A stretch of DNA of 32,000 nt, from NCBI GenBank assembly GCA_041674405.1, contig JBAYVT010000002.1, positions 120,001-152,000 of the forward strand. The letters run 5' to 3'. Position numbers and translations under genes: made by a program. The stretch is from Patescibacteria group bacterium. GTDB taxonomy: Bacteria > Patescibacteriota > UBA1384 > XYA2-FULL-43-10. How positions within the stretch are numbered: the stretch's first letter is position 1; every line of letters starts with the position of its first letter. Positions 7,190 to 14,754 of the stretch are shown here, in pieces. The notes beneath the pieces were generated by a model. It did no database searches. It was given only the letters and a program-made list of their open reading frames with translations, and was not told the origin of the DNA.

Positions 7190-8101
7190 TTACTTTCCCA
7201 AAACTTGAAAATAATAGGAAAAAATTTTGTTTTTTATCGCAGCCGAAAGAAACATTCCAGCAGCAAAACTCATTAAAATATCTTGTGAAAAAATTGGACC
7301 AAATAATTTACCCTTCCACGTAGTTCTCCCCAATATATGCAATGATCTTTCTCGCAGCATATCTGCAGTCGGAATTACCAGGTTAGAGATAACATCATTT
7401 TTTTCAATAATCATTTTTGCTTTTTCAACATCTTTTTTGAATTTTTCAATTGATTCGAATTCATCTACCGCCATTCCTTTCGCCACCAACGATTTTATCA
7501 ATAGCTCATTTTCCGAGAGACCAGATTCATCTCTCACAGAATACATGTCGAAACAGATGAAGACCCCTCCCGGTTTTAGAACTCTCTTAATCTCTTCGAG
7601 AACTTTGGTTTTATTGCTAGTATGACAAATCGTCTCAATTGCAAAAACAATCTCAAAAGAATCTTCCTCATACAAACTTAGATCGTGATAATCGCCAACA
7701 ACCTGAGAAAAATTCTTATTTTTTCGATATCTCGCAAGTGGTTTAAGAGAATAGTCTAGCGCAAAAAAACTGATTGATGGATATTTTGAGGCAAGTAACC
7801 CGCTATTAGCGCCATTTCCAGCTCCTAGCTCTAAAATTTTTTTTGCTTTTAGGCTCTCAATATATTTCTCAATAATTTTGATTGGCCCCAGATAGTCTAA
7901 CTTTTTGAATTTTCCGTCATACGACAAACCGGAGTGCATCATGCCACTACGATCGTAAAAAATGATATACGGCAGTCTATTGATCCTGTAGTACTTTTTA
8001 ACCCCCTTGCCCTGATATTCATTTTTGAGCACAGCATCAATGTCTATCCGTTTCCGCACAATGTTTAAATCTTGATTGATTTTTTGGTCAATGATATTCA
8101 T
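7190..8101 (-). CDS. Class I SAM-dependent methyltransferase
   Basis: Motif I ILELGAGNGANS, acidic loop FALDYS, and post-II VLKPGGVFICFD. Confidence 0.8.
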   Translation of the reverse strand: MNIIDQKINQDLNIVRKRIDIDAVLKNEYQGKGVKKYYRINRLPYIIFYDRSGMMHSGLSYDGKFKKLDYLGPIKIIEKYIESLKAKKILELGAGNGANSGLLASKYPSISFFALDYSLKPLARYRKNKNFSQVVGDYHDLSLYEEDSFEIVFAIETICHTSNKTKVLEEIKRVLKPGGVFICFDMYSVRDESGLSENELLIKSLVAKGMAVDEFESIEKFKKDVEKAKMIIEKNDVISNLVIPTADMLRERSLHILGRTTWKGKLFGPIFSQDILMSFAAGMFLSAAIKNKIFSYYFQVLGK

Positions 8102-8112
8102 GTTTACCTTAT

Positions 8113-8198
8113 TGGTGCTCGGGAGAGGACTTGAACCTCCATGGATGTTACTCCGCTAGCTCCTAAGGCTAGTGCGTCTACCATTTCGCCACCCGAGC
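8113..8198 (-). tRNA. tRNA-Leu, anticodon UAG, class II long variable arm, CCA encoded
   Basis: The minus strand reads GCTCGGG TG GCG AAATGGTAGA CGC A CTAGC CTTAGGA GCTAG (variable arm CGGAGTAACATCCAT) GGAGG TTCAAGT CCTCT CCCGAGC ACCA. The acceptor pairs 7/7, and the T-loop (TTCAAGT) and D-loop (GG) conserved bases are present. Confidence 0.9.
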
Positions 8199-8231
8199 AT
8201 TATTGAACATACGAATTATAGCAAAAAAAGA

Positions 8232-8888
8232 TTATATTGTCACGAGGTCGGCAAGCTTTTCGAAGGTCTTGTCGCCAATTCCTTTTACATTTTTGAGCTC
8301 TTCTATCGATTTAAATCCGCCATGTTGAGTTCGATAGTCAATGATTCGAGTCGCATATGCCGTGCCGATGCCTGGTAACGTGTCTAGCTGTGCCGCCGTA
8401 GCGGTATTAAGATTAATCTTTCCAACAGGTTTGTTTGCCGATGACGCCGACACCGAAGTCGAAGCGCCGGCTATCTGTCCAGTTTCAGCAGGCGCAGTTG
8501 CCGTAACAGCCGCAGAGCTTGACACAGGCGCATTTTGTTTCGACAAATCGCCTATCTCTGCTTCCAATTTTTCTATTCTTGCATCCTGATCAGTGATTCT
8601 CTTCTCAAGCACCGGCTTGAAATAATTTTCGCGATAGAGCAAAAAACCGCCCGAAAGGAGTATTAGAACAAGCAAGATTCCCCCAATAGCAACCCGATGT
8701 CGCTCGACAAATTCCGCGGAAAATATGCTTTCCTCCGGCAAATCGGGTAAAACATTTTTTATTTTCGGGTCTTCGGGTTTTTTCCTAATATGAATTGAAA
8801 TCAAAAATCTTCCCCACCCCTCCTTAACAGAGTCCAACTTTCGCCGCCGCCACTCTTTAAATTTGATCTTTGGCTTTTGCTTCCACAT
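8232..8888 (-). CDS. comEA: ComEA-like DNA-binding competence protein (TM plus tandem helix-hairpin-helix)
   Basis: The C-terminus INLNTATAAQLDTLPGIGTAYATRIIDYRTQHGGFKSIEELKNVKGIGDKTFEKL is the ComEA HhH pair. There is one central TM (IGGILLVLILLSGGFLL). Confidence 0.8.
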   Translation of the reverse strand: MWKQKPKIKFKEWRRRKLDSVKEGWGRFLISIHIRKKPEDPKIKNVLPDLPEESIFSAEFVERHRVAIGGILLVLILLSGGFLLYRENYFKPVLEKRITDQDARIEKLEAEIGDLSKQNAPVSSSAAVTATAPAETGQIAGASTSVSASSANKPVGKINLNTATAAQLDTLPGIGTAYATRIIDYRTQHGGFKSIEELKNVKGIGDKTFEKLADLVTI

Positions 8889-8927
8889 TTTGGTTACTAG
8901 TTTTAAGTTTTAAATTGAAATTTTGAG

Positions 8928-11054
8928 TTATTCTAAGTGTTTATGCGTTAAAAATTCATCAATTTTCTCCATAACTGCCGGATATTTTTCAATATTATTC
9001 GTAACGATCTTTGCCCCTTCCGCCGCTTCATCGATGAGCTCGATGTCGGAATACGATGCCATCCTGAGCTCATTATACCCCGACTGTATGGTTCCAAACA
9101 TATCACCAGCCCCGCGGTTCTTAAGATCTTGCTCTGCCAGCTTGAACCCATCAAGAATGTTTTCAAAAGATTTCAGTCGCTCTATCGCCCGCGGGTTCTG
9201 GGTACTTGAAAATACAAAGCAGAAGGACTGATGCTCGCCACGGCCAACTCTGCCACGGAATTGATGCAATTGTGCCAGCCCAAACCGCTCAGCATCTTCG
9301 ATCATCATGATCGTTGCATTCGGAATATCCACCCCTACCTCGACCACCGATGTAGATACCAATATATCAAGTTTACAAGCTTTAAATTCAGCCATTATTT
9401 CGTCTTTTGATTTTCCGCCTTTGGCGAGACCTCGCCTGCCCCGTCGGGGCGAGGCGGGCATTCGACCGTGGAGCATTCCAATCTTTAGATCAGGAAAGAT
9501 CTGTTTGCTCAATCGATTGTATTCCGCCATTACCGATTTTCTATCTTCGTCGAATAGTGTTTCTCTCGTTTGCGCTTCCGATTCTTCAATCAGCGGGCAA
9601 ATCACAAAGGCTTGGCGGCCAGATTGAATCTGCCGGCGAATGAAGTCATATGCTTTTAGCCTATTTGTCTCCTCAACAAATCTGGTTTTGATCGGTTTTC
9701 GGCCTTTCGGCATGGATTTGATAATCGACAAGTCAAGATCGCCGAAGAGCGCGAGATGCAATGATCTTGGAATTGGCGTCGCTGTCATCGATAGAAAGTG
9801 CGGCCTTAACCCTTCTCTGCTCTTCGTGAGTTCCGCCCGTTGATTTACACCGAATCTATGTTGTTCGTCCACGATCACGAGCCCCAAGTTCTTGATTTCA
9901 ACTTTGCCCTGAACCAAAGAATGCGTCCCCACTATCACCTGCCTCTCGAGCTCGCCCGCAACATTTGCCTTTCTCGTAGAGGAAGTCAAAAGCCCGACTG
10001 AAACATCTGATTTTTCTAAAAGCTTATTAAGTGTTTCAAAATGCTGTTTGGCAAGGATCTCTGTCGGCGCCATAAGTGCCGTTCGGAAGCCGGCTTTCGC
10101 AGCAATGTAGGCAGCGAATGCAGCAACCGCAGTTTTTCCGCTCCCGACATCCCCGTTAAGTAGCCTATTCATTGGTTTTTTTAATGCTAGATCTTTAGCG
10201 ATTTGCCAAACAGCCTTTTTCTGATCGGTGGTAAGCTCGAATGGCAGAGCATCTGCAAATTTCTTAAGTTCGGGATCTGCGGTCTCAATTTTTGGGGCTG
10301 ATTCTGTTGCGATCTCTTCCTTGATTAATTGCGAACGGATGGCAATCAGAAATAATTCGTCGAATGCTATTCTCCGCCTCGCTTTCGATAAGGCTTGCGA
10401 ATCCTCCGGCTCGTGGATATTTTTCAGAGCCGACCGGATTCCTAAGAGATCATATTTATCTAAAATGGGTTGTGGTAAATATTCCTCAAGTTTTGAGATT
10501 TGTCCGCCAGCCGGCGGATTAATATTTGAGATCAATCGAGCTATGAAGTAGCTCGACACACCCGCCGTCTCAGGATAAACTGGAACAATTTTTGGCCGGT
10601 TCGCTCGGTTTGGCGACTCCATCACAAGCGAATGAGAAAAAGAATCGTAGGAAACTTTGCCGTTTAATATAACTTCGGATCCAGCTTTCAGCATTTTTGC
10701 CAAGTATGGTTGATTAAACCAAACAACTTTGAGCGATCCGGAGTTGTCTTCAACTACTGCTTCTGTCACGGTAAACCCCCTGCGTCTCGTTCTTTTATTG
10801 GCAATGCCCACTACTCGAGCTCGGATCGTGAAGTTATTAGTTTTTAGTTCTAAGTTATTAGTTAAGTTACTAATTTTAGTGACTTGGGTATAGTCTTTAT
10901 ATCTTCGTGGATAATGATAAATCAAATCTTGGGCTGTATAAATTCCCAGCTTATTGAGCTTCGGTGCAACCTTTGGCCCGACACCCTTCAAATATTTAAT
11001 TTCGGTATTTAAATTTATTTCCATTTCACCAACATTATACTTTATACTTTTCAC
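8928..11054 (-). CDS. recG: ATP-dependent DNA helicase RecG
   Basis: Walker A GDVGSGKT, motif II VIVDEQHRFGV, MTATPIPRS, QLHQFRGRVGRG, and an N-terminal wedge region with LKGVGPKVAPKLNKLGI. The track start is GTG at 11054 (no SD); ATG (MEINLN) 10 codons downstream is an alternative. Confidence 0.93.
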   Translation of the reverse strand: MKSIKYNVGEMEINLNTEIKYLKGVGPKVAPKLNKLGIYTAQDLIYHYPRRYKDYTQVTKISNLTNNLELKTNNFTIRARVVGIANKRTRRRGFTVTEAVVEDNSGSLKVVWFNQPYLAKMLKAGSEVILNGKVSYDSFSHSLVMESPNRANRPKIVPVYPETAGVSSYFIARLISNINPPAGGQISKLEEYLPQPILDKYDLLGIRSALKNIHEPEDSQALSKARRRIAFDELFLIAIRSQLIKEEIATESAPKIETADPELKKFADALPFELTTDQKKAVWQIAKDLALKKPMNRLLNGDVGSGKTAVAAFAAYIAAKAGFRTALMAPTEILAKQHFETLNKLLEKSDVSVGLLTSSTRKANVAGELERQVIVGTHSLVQGKVEIKNLGLVIVDEQHRFGVNQRAELTKSREGLRPHFLSMTATPIPRSLHLALFGDLDLSIIKSMPKGRKPIKTRFVEETNRLKAYDFIRRQIQSGRQAFVICPLIEESEAQTRETLFDEDRKSVMAEYNRLSKQIFPDLKIGMLHGRMPASPRRGRRGLAKGGKSKDEIMAEFKACKLDILVSTSVVEVGVDIPNATIMMIEDAERFGLAQLHQFRGRVGRGEHQSFCFVFSSTQNPRAIERLKSFENILDGFKLAEQDLKNRGAGDMFGTIQSGYNELRMASYSDIELIDEAAEGAKIVTNNIEKYPAVMEKIDEFLTHKHLE

Positions 11055-11072
11055 TTTGCACTATCACAGGTA

Positions 11073-11101
11073 TTGACATTTATTGACCAGCGTGATATAA
11101 G
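11073..11101 (+). promoter_or_regulatory. Sigma70-like promoter, unit A of the GC-rich island
   Basis: TTGACA (11073-11078), a 17-nt spacer ending in TGa, then TATAAG (11096-11101). Confidence 0.5.
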
Positions 11102-11159
11102 TGATCTTGTCGTACCGCGAAGCTTAGGCTCGCGGATCTTCGTCAGGGAGGTAGTGCCA

Positions 11160-11285
11160 ATGCTCGATCGTCTCGGTCACCGTCTCGCGAAGTCGCCGAT
11201 ATCGTACCCGGTTCTCGGGAAGACCATCGCCGCGATGTCGCGAGTGACCCGCTGGGTCCAGCGGGTGCACGAGATGCCTGGCTAG
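11160..11285 (+). CDS. Hypothetical 41-aa basic peptide (MLDRLGHRLAKSPISYPVLGKTIAAMSRVTRWVQRVHEMPG)
   Basis: GGGAGG lies 8 nt upstream of the ATG, and third codon positions are G/C-biased. The region is also strongly hairpin-forming, so coding status is uncertain. Confidence 0.3.
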   Translation: MLDRLGHRLAKSPISYPVLGKTIAAMSRVTRWVQRVHEMPG

Positions 11286-11604
11286 CGGTTCCACCCTGCG
11301 GACGTCCGGATAGGTGGCTGTTGAACTGGCCGTAAGATCCGGACAGCGGAAGGTGGGAGCCGGCGGTTGCGTCGTAGGTCGCAAGGACCAACGCGCCGCC
11401 GGCTCCCGCCGGCAAGCCTCATCCATCCTTTCTTCTCGGAGGTGCTATCATTATCCTCCCCACTTCCGAGATTGGTGGAGAAGGAGTTCCCTGGCGGACG
11501 CTCCCTCTCCACCACCGCCCCCCAAGACAGGGCACATCGTCGGTTCCCAAACCGGTGCTCTGTCTGAGTGTAATGCGCCGACCTCCTCGAGGCCGGCGCT
11601 TTTG
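11286..11604 (+). ncRNA. Candidate structured RNA / highly structured 3' region of unit A
   Basis: It holds successive strong hairpins. 11304-11311/11337-11344 is 8 bp perfect. 11355-11366/11396-11407 is 12 bp perfect, extendable to 15. 11474-11486/11501-11513 is 8+4 bp with 1 mismatch. 11525-11535/11555-11565 is 11 bp with one G-T, plus an inner CGGTT/AACCG. A terminator follows. No known RNA family motif recognised. Confidence 0.3.
11575..11603 (+). terminator. Intrinsic terminator of unit A
   Basis: GCGCCG-a-CCTC-ctc-GAGG-c-CGGCGC followed by TTTT. Confidence 0.55.
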
Positions 11605-11665
11605 CGTCTAATGAGGGTATTCTAACTTCTGTGATCTTCAGTGAAACAATTCTGTGATCGTATAT

Positions 11666-11694
11666 TTGACTTAATGCAGAGCTTCGTATATATT
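11666..11694 (+). promoter_or_regulatory. Sigma70-like promoter, unit B
   Basis: TTGACT (11666-11671), a 17-nt spacer, then TATATT (11689-11694). Confidence 0.5.
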
Positions 11695-11737
11695 ATTTCC
11701 GTCGCACTCATCAACTGCCCACGGGAGGGACAACCAC

Positions 11738-12064
11738 TTGCTCACCATGCTGTTTCTGATGTTGACGTTGATGGCGATCTTGCCACGGCCAGCCCTCCTG
11801 TTGGGGCTGATCAGCTTTTTCGGTCGGCGGAGCTCGCCCCCCTGCGATCCCGCTCCGGTCCTGGAGAGACCGGTCTCTGGCGCCGAGCCATCGGGCCAGG
11901 GAAAGTATCAGATGAATGTGTGGGGGTCTGAAGGACCCACCGTTGCCCCGGCCTTGCAAGCCCAAGTTTTTTCACGAGTGTCTTCAGGACACTCCTATCG
12001 CCTTACAAGCGACTTACTGACAGAGCGGCCCCTGGTATGGGTCGCTCTCGCTCTTTTTATTTAA
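11738..12064 (+). CDS. Hypothetical 108-aa protein with hydrophobic N- and C-termini
   Basis: TTG start lies 7 nt after GGGAGGGA (an in-frame ATG is at 11747). Third positions show strong G/C bias over the first two thirds. The N-terminus is LFLMLTLMAILPRPALLLGLISFF and the C-terminus is PLVWVALALFI. The terminator overlaps the 3' end. Confidence 0.35.
   Translation: MLTMLFLMLTLMAILPRPALLLGLISFFGRRSSPPCDPAPVLERPVSGAEPSGQGKYQMNVWGSEGPTVAPALQAQVFSRVSSGHSYRLTSDLLTERPLVWVALALFI
12023..12058 (+). terminator. Intrinsic terminator of unit B
   Basis: GAGCGGCCC-ctggtat-GGGTCGCTC forms 9 pairs with one G-T, followed by tcgctcTTTTTaTTT. Confidence 0.5.
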
Positions 12065-12078
12065 GCTTATCAATATTA

Positions 12079-12087
12079 TGATATAAT
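12079..12087 (+). promoter_or_regulatory. Extended -10 promoter element, unit C
   Basis: TGaTATAAT at 12079-12087. The -35 is poor. Confidence 0.4.
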
Positions 12088-12143
12088 GCTCTTGCAGAAC
12101 GCCAACAGATTTTCCACGTCGGATAACGAAGGAGGGTTGTGCT

Positions 12144-12206
12144 ATGAGGGTTCTGTTCTCTGCCTTGGCATTGCTGGTGCTGGTGGCGCTGGTGGTCGTG
12201 GCCTAG
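12144..12206 (+). CDS. Hypothetical 20-aa hydrophobic peptide (MRVLFSALALLVLVALVVVA)
   Basis: GGAGGG lies 7 nt upstream of the ATG. The peptide is a single TM-length hydrophobic stretch. It is followed by hairpins 12206-12223 and 12256-12272 and then a terminator. Confidence 0.35.
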   Translation: MRVLFSALALLVLVALVVVA

Positions 12207-12284
12207 GTCCTAGCAAGAGGACCGCGGTGGCTGGATCAACAGCAAGAATCGGATCATCCGCCCTGGGCGGATGGCGAGATTAAA

Positions 12285-12312
12285 ACGACGGCTGTCCCTA
12301 GCCGTCGTTTCT
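12285..12312. terminator. Hairpin terminator, plausibly bidirectional (unit C on plus, mnmA on minus)
   Basis: ACGACGGCT-gtccct-AGCCGTCGT is a perfect 9-bp stem, flanked by AAAA on the 5' side and TTT on the 3' side. Confidence 0.55.
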
Positions 12313-12366
12313 CGTCGTATGAGATAGTTGCCCAATAGTTTTTAGTTTTAACATTTGAGTTTTGAG

Positions 12367-13476
12367 TTATTTAATGTATCCCCCTCCCAAAACTTCATCA
12401 CCCAAGTAGAACACTGCGGATTGACCGGGAGTAATCGCTCTTTGCGGCTCATCAAATTCAACTACAATGTTTTTGATCTTTGATATTTGACCTTTGATCT
12501 CGCATGGCACCGCTGCATGCCGATATCTTATTTTGACCTTAAGGCTCATAAGTTCTTCAGCCCTTAAGTTTTGAGGTTCGATCAACCAATTCAAATCTGT
12601 CACCGTCATCTCTTTGCTATATATATCCTCATCGTCACCCACGATCAGTTGGTTTTTCGAAACATTAAATCCAACCACATAAAGTGGTTTTTTTTGAGTT
12701 TTTAGCTGACAGCTTGCAGATTGCAGTTGATCTATTCCTTTGCGTTGTCCGATTGTATAATTGACCAATCCTTCGTGAGTCCCGAGTACATTCCCCTCTT
12801 TATCGGCAATTTCGCCGGGTTTAAAATATTTCTGATCCAAATATCTTTTCAAAAAAAAGCGATAATCACGATCACCAAAAAAGCAAATTTCCTGGCTTTC
12901 CGGCTTTTCCTTGACCGGCAGATCCCACTTTTTTGCCAGTTCCCGCACATCTTTCTTCTTCATTTCTCCGAGCGGAAACAGAGTTTTTGATAGCTGATTC
13001 TGATTCAATCGATAGAGCATGTAGCTTTGATCCTTGGTGCCGTCGATACCAGCTAAAAGCTGATAACTGGCTACTGGCAGCTTCTGGATTCGCGCATAAT
13101 GTCCTGTCGCAAGATAATCACAGCCGATAGAAAGCGCTTTTTTAAGTAGAAGATCAAATTTGATTTTTTCATTACAGACAATGCACGGGTTTGGGGTTTT
13201 TAATTTTTTGTATTCATCGATGAAATAGTCAACAACATCTTTTTTGAATTCATCCACAGCGTTTATAACATAGAACGGGATACCAAGGCCGTGCGCCACC
13301 TTTCGCGCGTCTTCGAGCGCCTCATAGTTGCAACATCGATTTTCCTTTACCACATTACACATAGGGTCAGACCATAATTTCAAAAAAAGCCCGACTAATT
13401 CGTGGCCCTCATCTTTTAACATTTTTGCCACGACGGAAGAATCAACTCCACCGGACATTGCGACCGCAATTTTCAT
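12367..13476 (-). CDS. mnmA: tRNA-specific 2-thiouridylase
   Basis: The N-terminal PP-loop is VAMSGGVDSSV. Also CNEKIKF, ATGHYAR and a C-terminal GQSAVFY..GGG. The length is typical at 369 aa. Confidence 0.93.
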   Translation of the reverse strand: MKIAVAMSGGVDSSVVAKMLKDEGHELVGLFLKLWSDPMCNVVKENRCCNYEALEDARKVAHGLGIPFYVINAVDEFKKDVVDYFIDEYKKLKTPNPCIVCNEKIKFDLLLKKALSIGCDYLATGHYARIQKLPVASYQLLAGIDGTKDQSYMLYRLNQNQLSKTLFPLGEMKKKDVRELAKKWDLPVKEKPESQEICFFGDRDYRFFLKRYLDQKYFKPGEIADKEGNVLGTHEGLVNYTIGQRKGIDQLQSASCQLKTQKKPLYVVGFNVSKNQLIVGDDEDIYSKEMTVTDLNWLIEPQNLRAEELMSLKVKIRYRHAAVPCEIKGQISKIKNIVVEFDEPQRAITPGQSAVFYLGDEVLGGGYIK

Positions 13477-14294
13477 TATGCTTGTCTCGTTTCCGCTGAT
13501 TTAACTAAGTTCGCAAATAGCATCGCTACTGTCATTGGCCCGATTCCACCCGGCACAGGAGTATAAAAGGACGCCTTGCGATAGCAATTTATATCTATAT
13601 CACCGCGCAATTCCCCGCCAACCTCGGTGGTCCCCGCATCGATCAAAACCACCCCGTTTTTGACCATATCCGGCTTGATCAGATTTGCCGTTCCGGTTGC
13701 CGAAATGACAATATCGGCATCGGAAGTTATCGTTGCTAGGTATGGCGTCTCTTCATCAGCAATTCGAATATCGGCATTCTCCGATTCCAGCATACGAGCA
13801 AGAGGTGAACCTACTAAAAAGCCTTTGCCAATTATCGCAATTTTTGATTCCTTATAATTAATACCGGATCGCTTGATCGCTTCCATTATCGAGATCGTGA
13901 CTGGCGGCCGGAAATTACAGATTCCACCCCTGCAAAAGTTTAAGCCATCGACATCTTTTGCCGGATCAATTTGTTTGATTAGGTCATTTAGATTCAAATA
14001 TTCTGGAATCGGAATCTGGATCATAATTCCATCAACCGATTGATTTTGATTGAGTTCTAGAATTTTTTTCTCAACTTCTTCTTGAGTTACCTCTGTCGGA
14101 TATTTGAACAAGTCAAAATGCACACCGATTTTCTCCGCTGCTCGTTCTTTTGACTCAATATAACGCGCCGTCGCAAAATCTTCACCGATCCAAATCACCG
14201 CAAGAACAGGCTTTTGTTGAAAGCTTGCAACTCGAATTTTCAAATCATCGAGTATTTCGTTTCTGATTTTTCTGCCATCAAACATGTTCATCAT
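13476..14294 (-). CDS. folD: Bifunctional methylenetetrahydrofolate dehydrogenase/cyclohydrolase
   Basis: YIESKERAAEKIG, IMIQIPIP, VDGLN, IIGKGFLVGSP and VPGGIGPMTVAML are the FolD pattern. Its stop overlaps the mnmA ATG by 1 nt (TAATG). Confidence 0.92.
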   Translation of the reverse strand: MMNMFDGRKIRNEILDDLKIRVASFQQKPVLAVIWIGEDFATARYIESKERAAEKIGVHFDLFKYPTEVTQEEVEKKILELNQNQSVDGIMIQIPIPEYLNLNDLIKQIDPAKDVDGLNFCRGGICNFRPPVTISIMEAIKRSGINYKESKIAIIGKGFLVGSPLARMLESENADIRIADEETPYLATITSDADIVISATGTANLIKPDMVKNGVVLIDAGTTEVGGELRGDIDINCYRKASFYTPVPGGIGPMTVAMLFANLVKSAETRQA

Positions 14295-14355
14295 ATTAAC
14301 TAATATCTAATAACTAATAACTTAAAACCATTTGAATCAAAACATCTAAAGCTTT

Positions 14356-14754
14356 TCAATTTTTGAGTTGTATTTTTGATTTGTTTTTGTAATCCTCTAT
14401 CGCCTTATGAATTCCTTCTGCTGATAGGATCGAACAATGATACTTCTGAGCCGGTAATTTGCCCAAGGAGTCATTGATATCATCGCGAGTAATTTCAAGC
14501 GCTTCATCCAAAGTTTTGCCCTTAGAAAGATCCGTCATCATCGAGCTTGCGGCGATTGCTGCGGCACAACCAAGTGTTAAAAATTTAACATCCTCGATAT
14601 ATTCTTTGCCGTCCTTTTTTCCAACTTTGATAGTAATTTTCATCATATCGCCGCATTTCGGATTGCCGACCTCGCCAATTCCATCGGCATTTTCAATTTC
14701 CCCCACATTGTGAGGGCTTGAAAAATGTTTCATTACTTCATCACTATATTGCAT
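14356..14754 (-). CDS. iscU: Fe-S cluster assembly scaffold protein (IscU/NifU N-terminal type)
   Basis: The three conserved Cys contexts are present: NPKCGD, LGCAAAIASS and KYHCS. 132 aa. Confidence 0.9.
   Translation of the reverse strand: MQYSDEVMKHFSSPHNVGEIENADGIGEVGNPKCGDMMKITIKVGKKDGKEYIEDVKFLTLGCAAAIAASSMMTDLSKGKTLDEALEITRDDINDSLGKLPAQKYHCSILSAEGIHKAIEDYKNKSKIQLKN

Noticed and set aside
8172-8378. 68-aa plus-strand ORF spanning the tRNA-Leu 5' end and the comEA 3' end
   Set aside because: It overlaps a well-folded tRNA and the conserved HhH-encoding end of comEA on the opposite strand, and it has no SD.
11124-11625. Overlapping 66-103-aa ORFs on both strands of the GC-rich island (11124-11426, 11143-11415, 11282-11515, 11314-11625, 11367-11567)
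   Set aside because: Long ORFs in all frames are expected by chance in GC-rich DNA because stop codons are rare. The products are Arg/Pro/Gly-rich low-complexity sequences, lack convincing SD-start pairs, and are crossed by perfect 8-12-bp stems. I could not exclude one of them with certainty.
12086-12283. 65-aa plus-strand ORF (MLLQNANRF...GAGGAGGRG...)
   Set aside because: Its ATG lies inside the TATAAT -10 box and it has no SD. The product is Gly/Ala-rich in a way that reflects GC bias. The SD-preceded 20-aa ORF in another frame explains the signals better.
11073-12312. Possibility that the GC-rich island is a standard housekeeping RNA (RNase P RNA, tmRNA, SRP RNA, 6S RNA, rRNA fragment)
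   Set aside because: I looked for GGAAAGTCCGG and ACAGAACCCGGCTTA (RNase P). I also looked for a tRNA-like acceptor and T-arm with an ..ALAA tag ORF (tmRNA), and for the GGAA-tetraloop with AGCA symmetric-loop context (SRP). GGGGCTGA at 11803-11810 resembles a tmRNA 5' end, but no acceptor partner or tag ORF follows. None was found by eye. A covariance-model scan is still needed.
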